Below the pieces are notes generated by a model, which saw only the letters and a program-made list of their open reading frames with translations, was not told the DNA's origin and searched no databases. The translations under genes were made by a program, and so were the position numbers. A stretch of DNA of 64,000 nucleotides from Lama guanicoe. Taxonomy: Eukaryota. Positions 36,630 to 48,800 of this stretch are shown here, piece after piece. Numbering within the stretch: the first letter of the stretch is position 1; the number at the start of each line of letters is the position of its first letter. The stretch is taken from contig MU054001.1 in assembly GCA_013239625.1 (NCBI GenBank), positions 1,057,884 to 1,121,883 on the forward strand. The letters are read 5' to 3'.

Positions 36630-37870
36630 CTTTTAATTTTTAAATTTTGACCTACTTTCAGATTTATATAAAAATTGCAATAATTATCCAAAGGTTACCA
36701 TAAACTCTACACCCAGCTGCCCCAAATGTGAACATTTTACCATATTCTTCTCTCAACCCATAAATTAACAGATACAGACACAGACAAGTATGTATCTTAT
36801 ATATGTATAAACATACAGATGTATCTATATATATATATCTATTTCTGTAATATATATGTATAAGATAAAGATATGTGTATACTTATGTAAGTAATATCTA
36901 TGTAAATGTAAGTATGTATATAAATACTTATACAAGTACATATACAAGAATATATAGACCACAGAGACATGTATATGCATATATAAAAGCATATATGTGT
37001 GTATATAGACATATATATATAAACATTGTACCTCCAATTCCAATCCAACATGGTGCGTTCATTAGATCTTTCTGCTTCTATATACGTAACTCCCTTCTCT
37101 GTCAAGGACAAACCTGGCTCCCATTATGCACAATATATTTACTGATTTGTGCAATCCCAGAATATGCAGTAAGTATTTTCAAAATTGCTAACCTATACAT
37201 CTGCCAAAAAGAAATCCACCATCTAGAGTTAAGACTTACATCAGGTTATGTTGTCTTTCATGCAAACATTGTGTTCCAAAATCACGGGGGTCAGCTCTTC
37301 CCCACCCTTCCTCACAGTGTGGGTTGTGCGTTTCCTTTGAAAACTAGCTCAGTTCTTTTGTTTTTACTTGTATCTCATTTGAAGATCTTCCCCCAACCTT
37401 GTTTGATTTTATTTCTCTTTTGAGTACATGAAATATCAACATGGTTCCAGAAGTTGTAAGTGAGCCAAAAAAGTATACTAGAGAAATGTCACTTCCTCCC
37501 ATCCTTTCTCTTTTCCAACCCCATTTTCATTCACTTCCTGTAACTAACCAGTCTCATTAGTTTCTGTTTTATCCTTCTAGCACTTTTTTTTTGGCACAAA
37601 TGAGCAAAAACACAGATATTTTCTCCCCACCTTTCCTACACAAAAGGTAGCACCCTACTTTAACAACAGGTCCTAGAAATCACCCCCATGTCAGCCCATA
37701 GATACCAGCCTCACTCTTTTTTACAGCTGCACAGGACTCTGTTGGGTAGATGTAACGCAATTATGCAACTGATGGGTTTTTAGATTGTTCCCAATATTTT
37801 GCAGTTACAAACAATACAGCAGTGAATAACCTTGGGCATACATATTTTCACATTACTGGAATGCCATCCA
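36630..37870 (-). mobile_element. Old L1M (ME/MD-type) remnants with an internal AT-rich (TA/CA) low-complexity tract at 36790-37022
   Basis: ccaaatgtgaacattttaccata; tagattgttcccaatattttgcagttacaaacaatacagcagtgaataaccttg. Confidence 0.6.
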
Positions 37871-37881
37871 CTTTTAAGTGT

Positions 37882-38380
37882 TATGTATCAGTAAGGATTA
37901 GATTCATCCACATATAATAGAAAACCAAAAATAACAGAAACATATAATGGGTTATTGCTATATACATGAAAAAACCCAGAGGTAAGCAGTCCAGGGTTGG
38001 CACAGTGGCTCCATGGTCATCAGGGACCCAGGTTCCTTCTGTCATTCTATTCTTCCATTCTTAGTAGGTTGTTTCTATCCTTGCAGTTACCTCATGATCT
38101 AAAATGGCTGCCAATACTCCTACCATCACATCTATGCCCCAGGGAGAAGGAAGTAAGAGCAAAAAAGGCCTTCCTCAGTGCTTATTATTTATGAAGACAT
38201 CCTGGAAGTCTCTCCCAGCAACTTCTACTTGCATCTCACTGGCCAGAATTAAGTCATGAGGGAGGTTGGGAGAAATAGTCTTATAGCTGACCACACTACT
38301 ACCCTCAGTGATCGGGGTTCTTTTGGTGAGGAATAAGGGGAGAATGAGCATTCGCTGGGCAACTAGCAATTTTTACCACC
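37882..38380 (-). mobile_element. MLT1K/L-like LTR
   Basis: gaggtaagcagtccaggg...aaaatggctgcc...acttctacttgcatctcactggccagaatt..gtcatg. Confidence 0.6.
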
Positions 38381-39799
38381 TTACTACAATGAACTTTTCA
38401 GCTCTTCCGTTCTATTCCACAACTAGTAAATCTTCTGCATACAAGAGTGAACAAAAAAAGTCACCTCTTTCCCTAGGGTACTTGGGACAATTTTAGGAGC
38501 ATTCTCGTGGCACTGAGCCAGTGCAGGTCCTCCCCACTAGGGGACCAGGAATGCCCTGGAGAAAGCAGCTACTGGGGATCACCCCTGTTATCCGAGCCAC
38601 TAGGAGGGTCAGGTGTTTTCGTGAGAAGAGGAAATACCGCAATACTTCAACAAGCACAGGAGATAAGCCCAGAAGCCAGATGCCACCGTCTCCCACCAGA
38701 GGGGAAAGTAACAAGGTATTCGACGTTAGCCAGAGAGCCAAACGTATCAAGAGACACCAAAACGTGCCTGAGTTCATCCCAGGGGGATGGGGACTGTCAT
38801 TCAAAGCAGCATTAAGTGCAAACTGAATAATGTAGGAGATGCCCAAAGAGGCAGTGTTGACATGTGACTTTGGGAGCAGAGGCTGGGAAGGGATGAGGTT
38901 AGGTAGAGGGGGTGGCATTTAGACTGAGCAGATGGACTAGACTCAAGCATGGGGACATGGAAAAGAGGACTCCCAGCGTGGCACGGGGAAAGGGGTTCTG
39001 GAGTCCAGTGGGGCTGAGTTCACACCCCAGCCTGATGTGTAACAACCACAAAGCCACTTCCTCTCTCAGGGGCTCAGTTTTCTCATCCACATAAAGCCCT
39101 CTAGCTGGGTGCACATGGAAGGAATTAAGTGATGGATTAAAGATCCAGCAAAGTGGTTATTATCATTAACAGTGACCATCACATCATTTAGTATAAAGGC
39201 CAGGTGTCAATGTCCAGTTACCAGACCCTCCCCAACTAGGATGGAAGCTTAGAGAAGGCAGGAGGGCAAGTCTGCCTGGGGGAGGCTCAGCAGGAGGCCC
39301 CCCTTGGGGGTGGGGACAAGGGTAGAAGCCCAAAGTGAGAGGATTCTCCACTCTCCTTGGTTGAACCTCATTACTCACCACTAGGTAGGGCCAGAAAGAT
39401 GGCCTCAAGGGCCAACAGAGGCCACTTCACATCAAGATTGGGGAGGACACTTTATGTTTCCTTTCTCACGTTTCAACATGCTGGGTCCAAAGGAGTTTTG
39501 TCCCCAAGGCGTTGTTCATTAAGGAGTCACCTTCCTCATACTCAGGACTCCAGGGATGTCAACCTATAATTTAGTGATGTCCCAGTGTCAACTGGACGTG
39601 CAGCCCTGGACATGCCTCAGCCCCTGGAAACATCCCTCCCTTCCCCTCAGGGTGTTTTGAGAAGTCAATCAAAGCTCTGCTCTCAGTGGTTAAAGTATCA
39701 GAAAGTGCTCACGCCCGTAAAACAAATGTGTGTGAAAAGCACATTAATTCTTACTCACTGGACTCTCTTGGATAAGAAGAAAAAAAAAAGGGCTAGAAA

Positions 39800-40030
39800 A
39801 AGCAACCATTTATTGAGCACCTACTGTGTTTCGATACTTTCCATGCATTATCTCATCTCATCCTGAAAACCATCCCAGGAATATGGAAAGCAACCGTTAT
39901 CATCCCCATTTTACTGAAGACTACAGTGAGATTCAGAGATGTTAAGCGGCTTATCTGAGGTCACAGATTCATTAAATAGCAGAGCTCTGGGATCCAAACC
40001 TAGTGCCATATAACCAGAACCTAGAGTCTT
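39800..40030 (-). mobile_element. MIR SINE
   Basis: catttattgagcacctactgtgt...catccccattttactgaaga...gagattcagagatgttaag...aggtcacag. Confidence 0.7.
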
Positions 40031-42672
40031 CAAAAGTTAGGCCCTTTAGCAGAGGGCTTTTCAAAGGCTGTAAAGCGGGGCTTGGATGGGAGGACGTGGA
40101 GCAGGTGTCCTCAGGTGGGGGCCTCCCACAGGTCCCTGGTGCCTCCTTTCTACAGAAGACTCGCCCAGGTCTCGTGACAGCCGCTGGCGCAGGGCATCCA
40201 CTGCTTGAAATCCAGACTCTCCTCCTTTGCCTCTCAGCCACAGTAAAACCAAAGTTTATTTTCATTCCCTTGTCCCCATGTTAAAGGAGAGCAGAGCTTG
40301 GGCCCCAAATTCCATTCTAAATAAGGGACCGGAGGACAGTTCAAACTAGTTAAGATGATTTGGCAGTTTGGGAAGAAGTATTGCACGTGAGGGTGTACAC
40401 ACGTACACACAAACCCCCCACGAGGCAGACCTGTCGGATCATCCCAGCCATGAGCTCTGATGCCAACCTGGAGCCACAGTAGCACCTTCCCGCCCCACGG
40501 CCCCACGCAGGGTTCGTGGGCAGTCAGCGTGTCCTTTCAGAAGCTGCTTGTTCACATGTGGTTCATGAGTCACCAGGGCCCCTCTGCTTCTCCTTCCTGA
40601 TGAGAGCCTTTTTGGATTTCCATGCTCCCTGGCTCCTTCTATGCTCCCAACAGGAAGGCGATTACAGCCTGTGAGCAGCTATAATTTTGGCAGCAGGGAT
40701 GGAATAAGTGGGCGGCATGGACCCCTAATAATGGAGATGCTAAAACTAAGTGCCCGCTCTGGCCTAAAAATCTCACGGCATCCCCCATGAGGATTTGATA
40801 ATTGAGGAAGGTGGTCTTCTAAGACCTTCCTTCTCATAGTGTGGTCTCTAAACCAGCATCATGGGCATCACCCGGGAGCCTGTTAGAAATGCAGGTGTCA
40901 CGTTAATGCACACATCGTAAAACTTCTGACACTCTGCTCCAAGATACTGAAAACGTGGAGGCTTCCCCCAACACACACACCCCAGGTCTAGACAGCTTAC
41001 CTTTCAGGGTTAAGTACCCCACAAAATAAATAAATAAACAGTTTGGCAGGAAGATAAGTTTTAACACTATTGCATGCCCCGTTCATCTCCAGGGTACACC
41101 AAACCCATCAGCATATGAGAGGCCCTGATGAGTCCTGCGTTCAAGAAACATGTTTACTTTTTCATTGAATGGAATGCCTTCCAAACTTATTTGACCACAA
41201 AATATTCCTGTCACAGAACACACAACGGTGGAATACGTTCTGAGAAACGCCTTTCCTTGTAAGAAAGGCCATGGGATAATGCCTCGCGTGATCCCTGGGA
41301 GAAGGCAGCTGGGGTGTGCGCAAGACCTGACATTTTTACTCATCAGTTCCAAGACCTCAGGATGTATAAATCAGGAACCTATTTTACAGGTGACAGGGAA
41401 GTTTATATCAGTTACCTTTAACGGGGGCCACACCCTCATGGCTCGAGGATTCCAGTCTGCCTTCCCACGGTCAACGTCCTCAGCCCAAATTCATTACACA
41501 ACACTCCTCTCCCCTGACAACATCACTCTTCTCCCAGGCTTGAGAACAGTGTCTTCCCTCCCCGCTCCCTGACGGCCCCTCACTCCCCTCCCAGTCCCAC
41601 TGCTACGTCCCTCCATCTAACTAATCACCCAGTTCATCATATTTTATCTCTGTTGTGTCTTTCAACTCTTCACCCCCTGCTCCTCCCAACTCCGACTATC
41701 CTGGCCTCCTGCCCCCTAAGCACCTCCCTGCCCTGATTTCTCCATAATTCATCCTACGCCCCACACCTAGAGGGATTTCTCAATGCAAAGACATGCCTGC
41801 TCCAACAGTATCAGGAGCAGCATCAGTGTGGGTGACATTTATTAAGCCCTTCCTTTATTCTAATTCTTTCTTATATTGTTATTCCTATTCTGATGACTTG
41901 GAAATTGAAGACCAGGGAGACTGGGTGACTGGCCTAAGGCCTTCCATGTAGTAAAGAGGATTTAAGGTTGGGTAATACGGCGGCAGAAGCTGAGCGCTTC
42001 ACCCCTGCATGGCCCCAACTCTTCTCACAGACTCTGCCATGAAGGCTCCCTTGACAGTCCACCAGCCCTGCTGGCACCTTCTGCCTCAGTCAAGCCAGGC
42101 CCATCACTGACGTGGACCAGGACACTCTGACACATCTCCACCTATCAACATCATCTTGAAATCTTTGCTCAGAGACATTTCCTCCATTCCCAACCACACC
42201 CCTCCCCCTTATTAGTGGACTCCTTCATCACCCCTAGGAGATGGTCAAATTTTTGAGGCAGAGGGCCAAAACTTGCCTATCTGTGTCGCCTACAGTGGGC
42301 CTCACACAGGGTTGGGGTCCCTCTGTCCCCCACAGTCCATTTGTCACTTGACTTTAAAAGATCTGGAGAGGGCTTTAAAACTTTCTATTATAGAATTTTT
42401 TTTTCTAACACAGTCCCAAAATATTTCTAATAAACAAAAGCAGAGAGAGTGGTTTGATGAACTCCATCACCCATCTTCAACAATTATCAACCTTCTGTCA
42501 GTCCTGGTCCATCTCTTTCTCCCCCTATGTTTTTGCCAGAGATTGGAAAACATCTCAAACTTCACGGCATGTCACCCATGATTTCCATAGTACCTAACTC
42601 TAACAGATAAGAACTTTAAAAAACTATAATTATTATATCGTTACCACTGACAAAATTAACAGCATCATATAA

Positions 42673-42884
42673 AAGGTGTTGGCAAACATGGGCCCTCAGG
42701 CCAAATCTGGCCCTCTGTTTTTGTTAATAAAGTTTTATTGGAACCCATTGGCTTTCCTATTGCCTAGGGCTGTCTTCAAGCTGCAACAGAGAGTTGAGCA
42801 GTTGTGACCAAAACCAAAACCATACAGTCCACAGAGCCTAAAATATTTACTCTCTGGACCTTACAGAAAGTTTGCTGGCCCCTG
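42673..42884 (-). mobile_element. MER58A within an old L1 remnant
   Basis: ggtgttggcaaac...ggccaaatctggcc...aataaagttttattggaac...cctaaaatatttactctctggacc..acagaaagtttgctggcccctg. Confidence 0.8.
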
Positions 42885-42928
42885 ATACATAATATCCAGT
42901 CTGCTTTGAAATTTCCCAGATTGAAGAG

Positions 42929-43196
42929 ATTGATTGATTGATCGATTGAAGTACAGTTGATGTATAATATTATCTAAGTTACAGGGCACAATATGGTGAT
43001 TCACCACTTTTAAAGGTTATACTCCATTTGCAGTTATTATAAAATATTGGCTCTATTCCTTGAGTTGTACAACATATCCTTGTGGCTGATTTTTTACCTA
43101 ATAGTTTGTATCTCTTATTCCCCTCCCTCTCTGTTGCCCCTCCCTCTTCTCTCTCCCCACTGGTAATCACTAGCTTGTTCTCTGTATCTGTAAGTG
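42929..43196 (-). mobile_element. Cetartiodactyl-type L1 3' end with a (GATT)n tail
   Basis: ttgaagtacagttgatgtataatatt...ccccactggtaatcactagcttgttctctgtatctgt. Confidence 0.75.
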
Positions 43197-43199
43197 AGA

Positions 43200-43790
43200 G
43201 ATCTTCCTAAACCAAGCTCTGATTATGTCTCTCACCTTCTTAATTTTCACTAGACTCTTTTTGCCGGTGGGGTGGAAGACCTAACATCTAGCAGAAATTT
43301 CCAGGATCTTACTGTTTGCTGCTCCAGCCTCATCTTACTTGTCCTTTAACCCCACACTCTCTCTGTTCCAGGGTGTCTGCTCTCTTTCAATTCCTCCACA
43401 ATCCCTTCTCAGGGCCTTTGCACAAGCTGTTCCCAGGGGTTCCCTGGAGTTACCCCACTCCCCAACCGCCATCTTTGCTCAGTTAACGCCAACTCTTCCC
43501 TCAGCTCAAGCCCACTTCCCCCAAAGGGTCCTCTCTGAGCCCCCAAACTTCCCTGAGCCCCCAGAATCCTCTGTCATGGACAGTGTGTTATTCTTTCACT
43601 TGAGATCATTAGCACCCTTGGAACCATGCATTTCAATGTTGTTTGACCACTGTCTGTCTCTCCACTGGACGCTAAGTCTGGGAGGGTGGCCAGTGTTTTC
43701 TTTCTCGTCCCTGAATGTCTGGCACCTTAGCATGGTGCTCAACACACAGTAGGAGCTCAATAAATATTTGGCAAATAGATGAATCAATTG
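43200..43790 (+). mobile_element. L2 3' region
   Basis: tcagggcctttgcacaagctgttccc...ggcaccttagcatggtgctcaacacacagtaggagctcaataaatatttg. Confidence 0.7.
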
Positions 43791-44474
43791 GTTTATATTT
43801 GTTGGAAATGCCCCAGTATAAGGAGGCAGACTGAGTTTTCCTTGAGTTTTCCAGGGCCATTTTCCCCATTCTCTCTATCAAGCTCAAAGAGAGAAGTGGA
43901 GAGACAAAGATTTTGAAAAGCCTACTATGTGCCAGCCACTTTACAGTTTTTATTGCATTTAATATTCACCACGACCTTACAAGATAAAAATGACCCCCAT
44001 TTTACAAATGGGAAATGAAGGCTCAGAGAGATGAAGAGATAACATCACCCAACTCCCAGTCTTTACTCCTCCCTACTGCCAAGCAGCCAGCCACCAGGGC
44101 AAGGTTGCTCAAGACACCTCCTCTGGTTTACCAACCTCTAAATGCAGAATCCTAGCTTTGGTTCTATTCATTTACTGAATTACAAGTCATCATGTCTTCC
44201 AAGCATTCAGAGCCCATGGTGTAGCCCCTTGTTCCAGCCTGTTTTTCTGGGCATCCCTGGTTTGCTTCTCCTGCAAAGATGGCCAAGTCTCTCTTAGAAG
44301 CTGACCCAAGGGCTTCACACAAGCTGCTGCCCACACTCTCACCATGTTAAGACCACGTGGTCATGATGCCATCAGCAGGTGAGCACTGAGCTTATGAAAG
44401 ATATCAATTCAATAAGTATTTACTGAGTAACAAGAATGTTCCAACCCTGAGTAGAAAAACTTACAGACTAAAAA

Positions 44475-44615
44475 GACAGGAATAACCTATATTGAAAAAG
44501 AATATGAAAGGGAATATATATATGTGTATGTATGTATAACTGAATCACTATGCTGTACACCAGAAAACATCACAGCATTGTAAATCGACTATATGTCAAT
44601 TAAAAAAACAAAAAC
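44475..44615 (+). mobile_element. Short cetartiodactyl-type L1 3' terminal fragment
   Basis: tataactgaatcactatgctgtacaccagaaa...cattgtaaatcgactata..tcaattaaaaaaa. Confidence 0.75.
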
Positions 44616-45123
44616 CAGACAAGCTGTTATCTTGTTTAATCCTCATAATATCCTGTGAGGTAACTACTCTCATCATCTCCTTATACAGTGAAGAAATTGA
44701 GACTCAGAAAGGCAGAGACACTTTGCCAAGGTCACACAGCAAGAAAATGATAGAGCAAAAATTCCATCCTGAGTCAATTGCTTCACTGGATTTTTTTAAT
44801 GTTTTATTTTTAATTAGAAAAGTAATATAAACGTGCAAAAAAAAACTATGAAATAGCATAAAGGCAAAATATCTCCATTCCAATTCAGAATCACTGTTAG
44901 TGTATTTTTTCCAGGCATTTTTTAAGCACCTATAAGTGTACATATATATGCAGATATATGTGCATAGATATTATATACACATGGACACATGCCCACCCAC
45001 ACTCACACACATAGGGAATTGCACAAATGCGGGAGTATTCTACCCATGTGCTTCTGAGTGTTTGCTCCATGCACTCAGCAATCTCTCACTGCAGTCTCTA
45101 GGCTGGCCAGTGTACCTTGCATT

Positions 45124-45248
45124 AGGGCCAGGACCAGGGTGAGGCAAGAGAGGTACCCTGCACTTTTACGACCCCATGGTGGACACCTCCTTAAATTTTG
45201 CACCCTAGGCATCTCATTTTTCTCATCCCAGCCCCTGCCCTGGCCCTG
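45124..45248. mobile_element. MER96-like hAT MITE
   Basis: Terminal inverted repeats agggccaggaccagggtgaggcaag ... ccctgccctggccctg. Confidence 0.55.
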
Positions 45249-45307
45249 CTTTGCAATACAGCATCTTCTTACTTAATCCTCAGAAGAAGTCTGTGTGCGT
45301 AGGTAGG

Positions 45308-45351
<44 letters not shown>

Positions 45352-45376
45352 TTATTATTATTTTATTATTATTATT
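45308..45376 (+). repeat. Compound (TAC)n(TAT)n microsatellite inside a MIR
   Basis: About 14 TAC units followed by TAT units. Confidence 0.9.
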
Positions 45377-46454
45377 TCCATTTCACAGATGGGAAAACTG
45401 AGGTCAAAGAGGTAACCAGCTGTGGGGTGCACCAACAGAGGGATGCCCCTGGCTGGGGTGGAAGGGCTCAACCCAGCTGTGCCCAGGGGCATGGCAACTT
45501 CTCTTGGGGCTGGAATGAGTACCAAACCACACTCCAGAGATGTGGGAGCAGCTGCCCACATCTCCGGGCCTCGGACTGGAGCAGATCTTTGCCCCTTCTC
45601 ACTGGAGAAACAGTGGGAGAACCAGGCAAGGACCCTCAGGCCGCTTGGAGAAATCTCTGTTGTATTTTGGCACCAAAGCATTCAGCTGTAAAGCGTGACA
45701 CAGAAAGTTCTAGTGAGTCACAGGGCATGGGCAGAGTCTCACAGGTGCACATGGGAGGTGGCCTTGCAGGGGCTCAGGTGGTTTCTGGGCTCTGGAGGAG
45801 GTGCAGGCCTGGAGGCAGGTGTGAAGAGAGGGCTTGCCCCCTGCACCCCACAACAGAAGACAACCCCTCTTTTCCCTTCCCTCTTCACATACAGACACCT
45901 TGATTTCCCCCTCCTAAAAAGCATGGGAACTTCTAAGGATGACTGAAATGCCCAGTTTCAGGAAAACAGGCTCTTTCTCAATGACTGGTGTCCAGATTGC
46001 CCTCTCTGTGGATCATCTGTGGACAATTGTTAATCCCTTAATGGGCTCCAGAGCCGCCCAGCCCGTTTCCCAGCTGACTCCCAGCGTGCCCCTTGCAGAG
46101 CATCCGCCCGCAGCTCCTTCACTGAGACCTGCAGCCTCCGTGCAGAGCAGCATGTCAGGGCCAGGGTAGAAGTAGCCGGGTCCACACCCCTGCCCATCAA
46201 CAGCTTCATTGCCCCCCACAGCCAGGAGGGGAGCCGCTGGAGCAGGCCTATCATTGCGACTATCGTGACCTCACCTCCTGGCACCTAGGAGGTGCTTTGT
46301 GAATTCCTGGAAGTTGTGAGTCTTTCAAATCGGGCTTCTGCCACGTCTCCCAGCACCTGGCCCCCTCGGTCGCCTGGCAAAGACCTCTCAGGCAACTCTC
46401 GTGGGCACACAAAGCCACTGTTCTTCCAGTAACTCAACCCAACTGCCACCTCTT

Positions 46455-47020
46455 CTTTACTGTAAAAAATACTTATAATACAGCGTACCTTTTTACCCTG
46501 AAGTGCGAAATTCAGTGACATCTAGTACATCCATACTGTTATACAACCATCATCACTACCTAGGTTCCAGAATATCTTCATCACCCCAAAAGACACTCCA
46601 CAGCCATTAAGCCTTCTCCCCCCAGCTCCAGGCAACCACTCATCTGCTCTCTGTCTATGGATTTGTCTATTCTGGATACTCCATCCAAATAGAAGCATAC
46701 AATATGTGACCTTCTGCCTGGCTTCTTTCACTTAGCATAACGTTTTCAAGGCTGATCTGTGTTGCAGCATATGACAACACTTCATTCCTTTTTAGGGCCA
46801 AATAATATTCCATTGTATGGCTGTACTGTAAGTCATTTATTCATCTATTAGTGGACATTTGGATTGTTAAATAAATCTTTGAATCATGCTGCTATGAACA
46901 TTTGTGTACAAGTATTTGTTTGAATGTCTCTTTTCGGTTCTTTGGAGTCTATATCCAGGGGTGGAACTGCTGGATCCTTTGGTAAGTCTATGTTTAACTT
47001 ATTGAGAGACTGCCAAATTC
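46455..47020 (-). mobile_element. L1MB-like 3' end
   Basis: caaccatcatcactacctaggttccagaatatcttcatcaccccaaaa...gctgctatgaacatttgtgtacaagt. Confidence 0.85.
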
Positions 47021-48589
47021 AATCACTGCTTTTTCCCCAAATGCATACGTCTCTATGATAAGACATTCAGCAAATGTACGCACAGAAAAGAAAAAGTTAA
47101 AATCACCCATAGTCTTGGCACTCAGAGATAAGCATCTTCAACTGTTCTGAATGTTTCCCAATGGGATTTTTTAGAATGCCTAAGCTGATCCATGGTAAGA
47201 GGGTTTTCACTGAACAATTTACACAAAAACAGAAATGCCATTTTCTGCCGCCTTCTGGGTGAAAAGCCTATTTAAAATTGCAACCTTGGCTTGCCCTGCC
47301 TCCTTCCCTGCTCTACTTTGTTCCCCAGCACTCCCCATCACCCCTCAAACTCCATTGTGCTTCTTGGAAACCCTGTCAAGGTTGGGATTGCCAACCGTTT
47401 TGGTCACTGCCCTGTGCATGGTAGAGATGCAGTAAAAATTTACTGAATGAATTAATGCTGTGAAGAAATTAAATGTGGTTGCCAATTTAAGATGTAAGCT
47501 AGGTTTTAAACGCGTTTGCTGGAATGCAGCAGCAACGGCTGTGCGTTACTCCCCAGTGGTCGCTGGCCACACTGCAGCTTCCACAGCCCTCATTTTTGTT
47601 TGGAAGCATATGGAAGGCGTGGAGGCAGTCCCCAGAAATTCCACCAGCTAGAACCAAGCTCCTGCCCATCCTGGAACTTTCTGCATGCTCTTCTGCAAGG
47701 AGGCCCCTCTCATTTTCATCCCAGGCTCCTGGAAGGGGCTGGAAAAGACGGTCCTGAAAATCTCCTCCAAGCCCAGAGCCCATTTGGTCCTAATTTTGGG
47801 ACGGGTTTCTTCCGAACTCCAACCAAAGCCAAGAGTCCCCCCGGGGGACCATGTCTGTGCCTCCACCTTCCTGTCCATGTCAGAGCAATTCTCCCAGCCA
47901 CCTTGTCACGGGCCCGCTGTGCTGCTGATATTAGTTACAGATGATGGCAATTAGAGGCCGAATCTCCCTGGCTCCTGGTAGAATATTGAGACAGAGCTAC
48001 AGCTATTTTAAGATTTTAAGCAGATTTATACTTAGTGCTTCAAAGAAGGCCAGCCAGCAAGGAAAATATGGTAACTGTTGCTTTAAATTATAGCTATCAT
48101 TACTTCAAAAGGAGATTCAATCAGAAACCACTGAAGACTAAAACTATTTACATCTTCTGACACTTAAAAGCAAGCGAGCAGTTTTAACCTGTCAGCCTTG
48201 GACATGCTGGCTACAAAGAGAGAGGTACTTCACCGGCCTGCAAAGAAAAAACATTTTCAGGGGAGTAGGAACTGAGAAGGAATCTTGGGCTCCACTTAGA
48301 GCTAGCCTCTCATCTCTCCCTGGTGGTCTTGCAGGGATTTGAGGTCTGGGGTATGCGGCTCTGCTCAGGTCTGCAGGCAGTAGTCTCCAAACCCCTGGGA
48401 AGCCTGGCTGTCCCCAAAGCAGGAGGACTGCCCTTTACTGTCTGGCCTCTGGCCTTCAGGTCTCTGCCCGGGGGAAATCCTGTCTCATCCCATTAATACA
48501 AGTCCCAGGACAGGACTGTCTCTTGCTTCCTCTGGACTCAACTGCATGGACTGGATGGGAGGGCTGGGTTATGTATCGATCAAATCAGA

Positions 48590-48800
48590 GCCATAGACAG
48601 TGGTCAAAAGCATGAGCTTTGGAGACAGACTTCTCTGGGTTAGAGTTCGAGCTCTTTAATTTACTGGCTGTGTGACCTCAGACAAGCCACTTAACCTCTC
48701 TGAGACTGGGCTTCATCATCTGTAAAATTGGGGTGATCCAAGTCCTCATTTCATAGGATCATAGAGAAGCTTAAACAAGATAGTGTATGGAATGCACTTC
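48590..48800 (+). mobile_element. MIR SINE
   Basis: gtggtcaaaagcatgagctttggagacagac...gctgtgtgacctcagacaagccacttaacctctctgag...atctgtaaaattgggg. Confidence 0.8.

Noticed and set aside
36875..37423. 182-aa Tyr/Ile-rich ORF
   Set aside because: Translation of an AT-rich (TA/CA) low-complexity tract and L1 remnants
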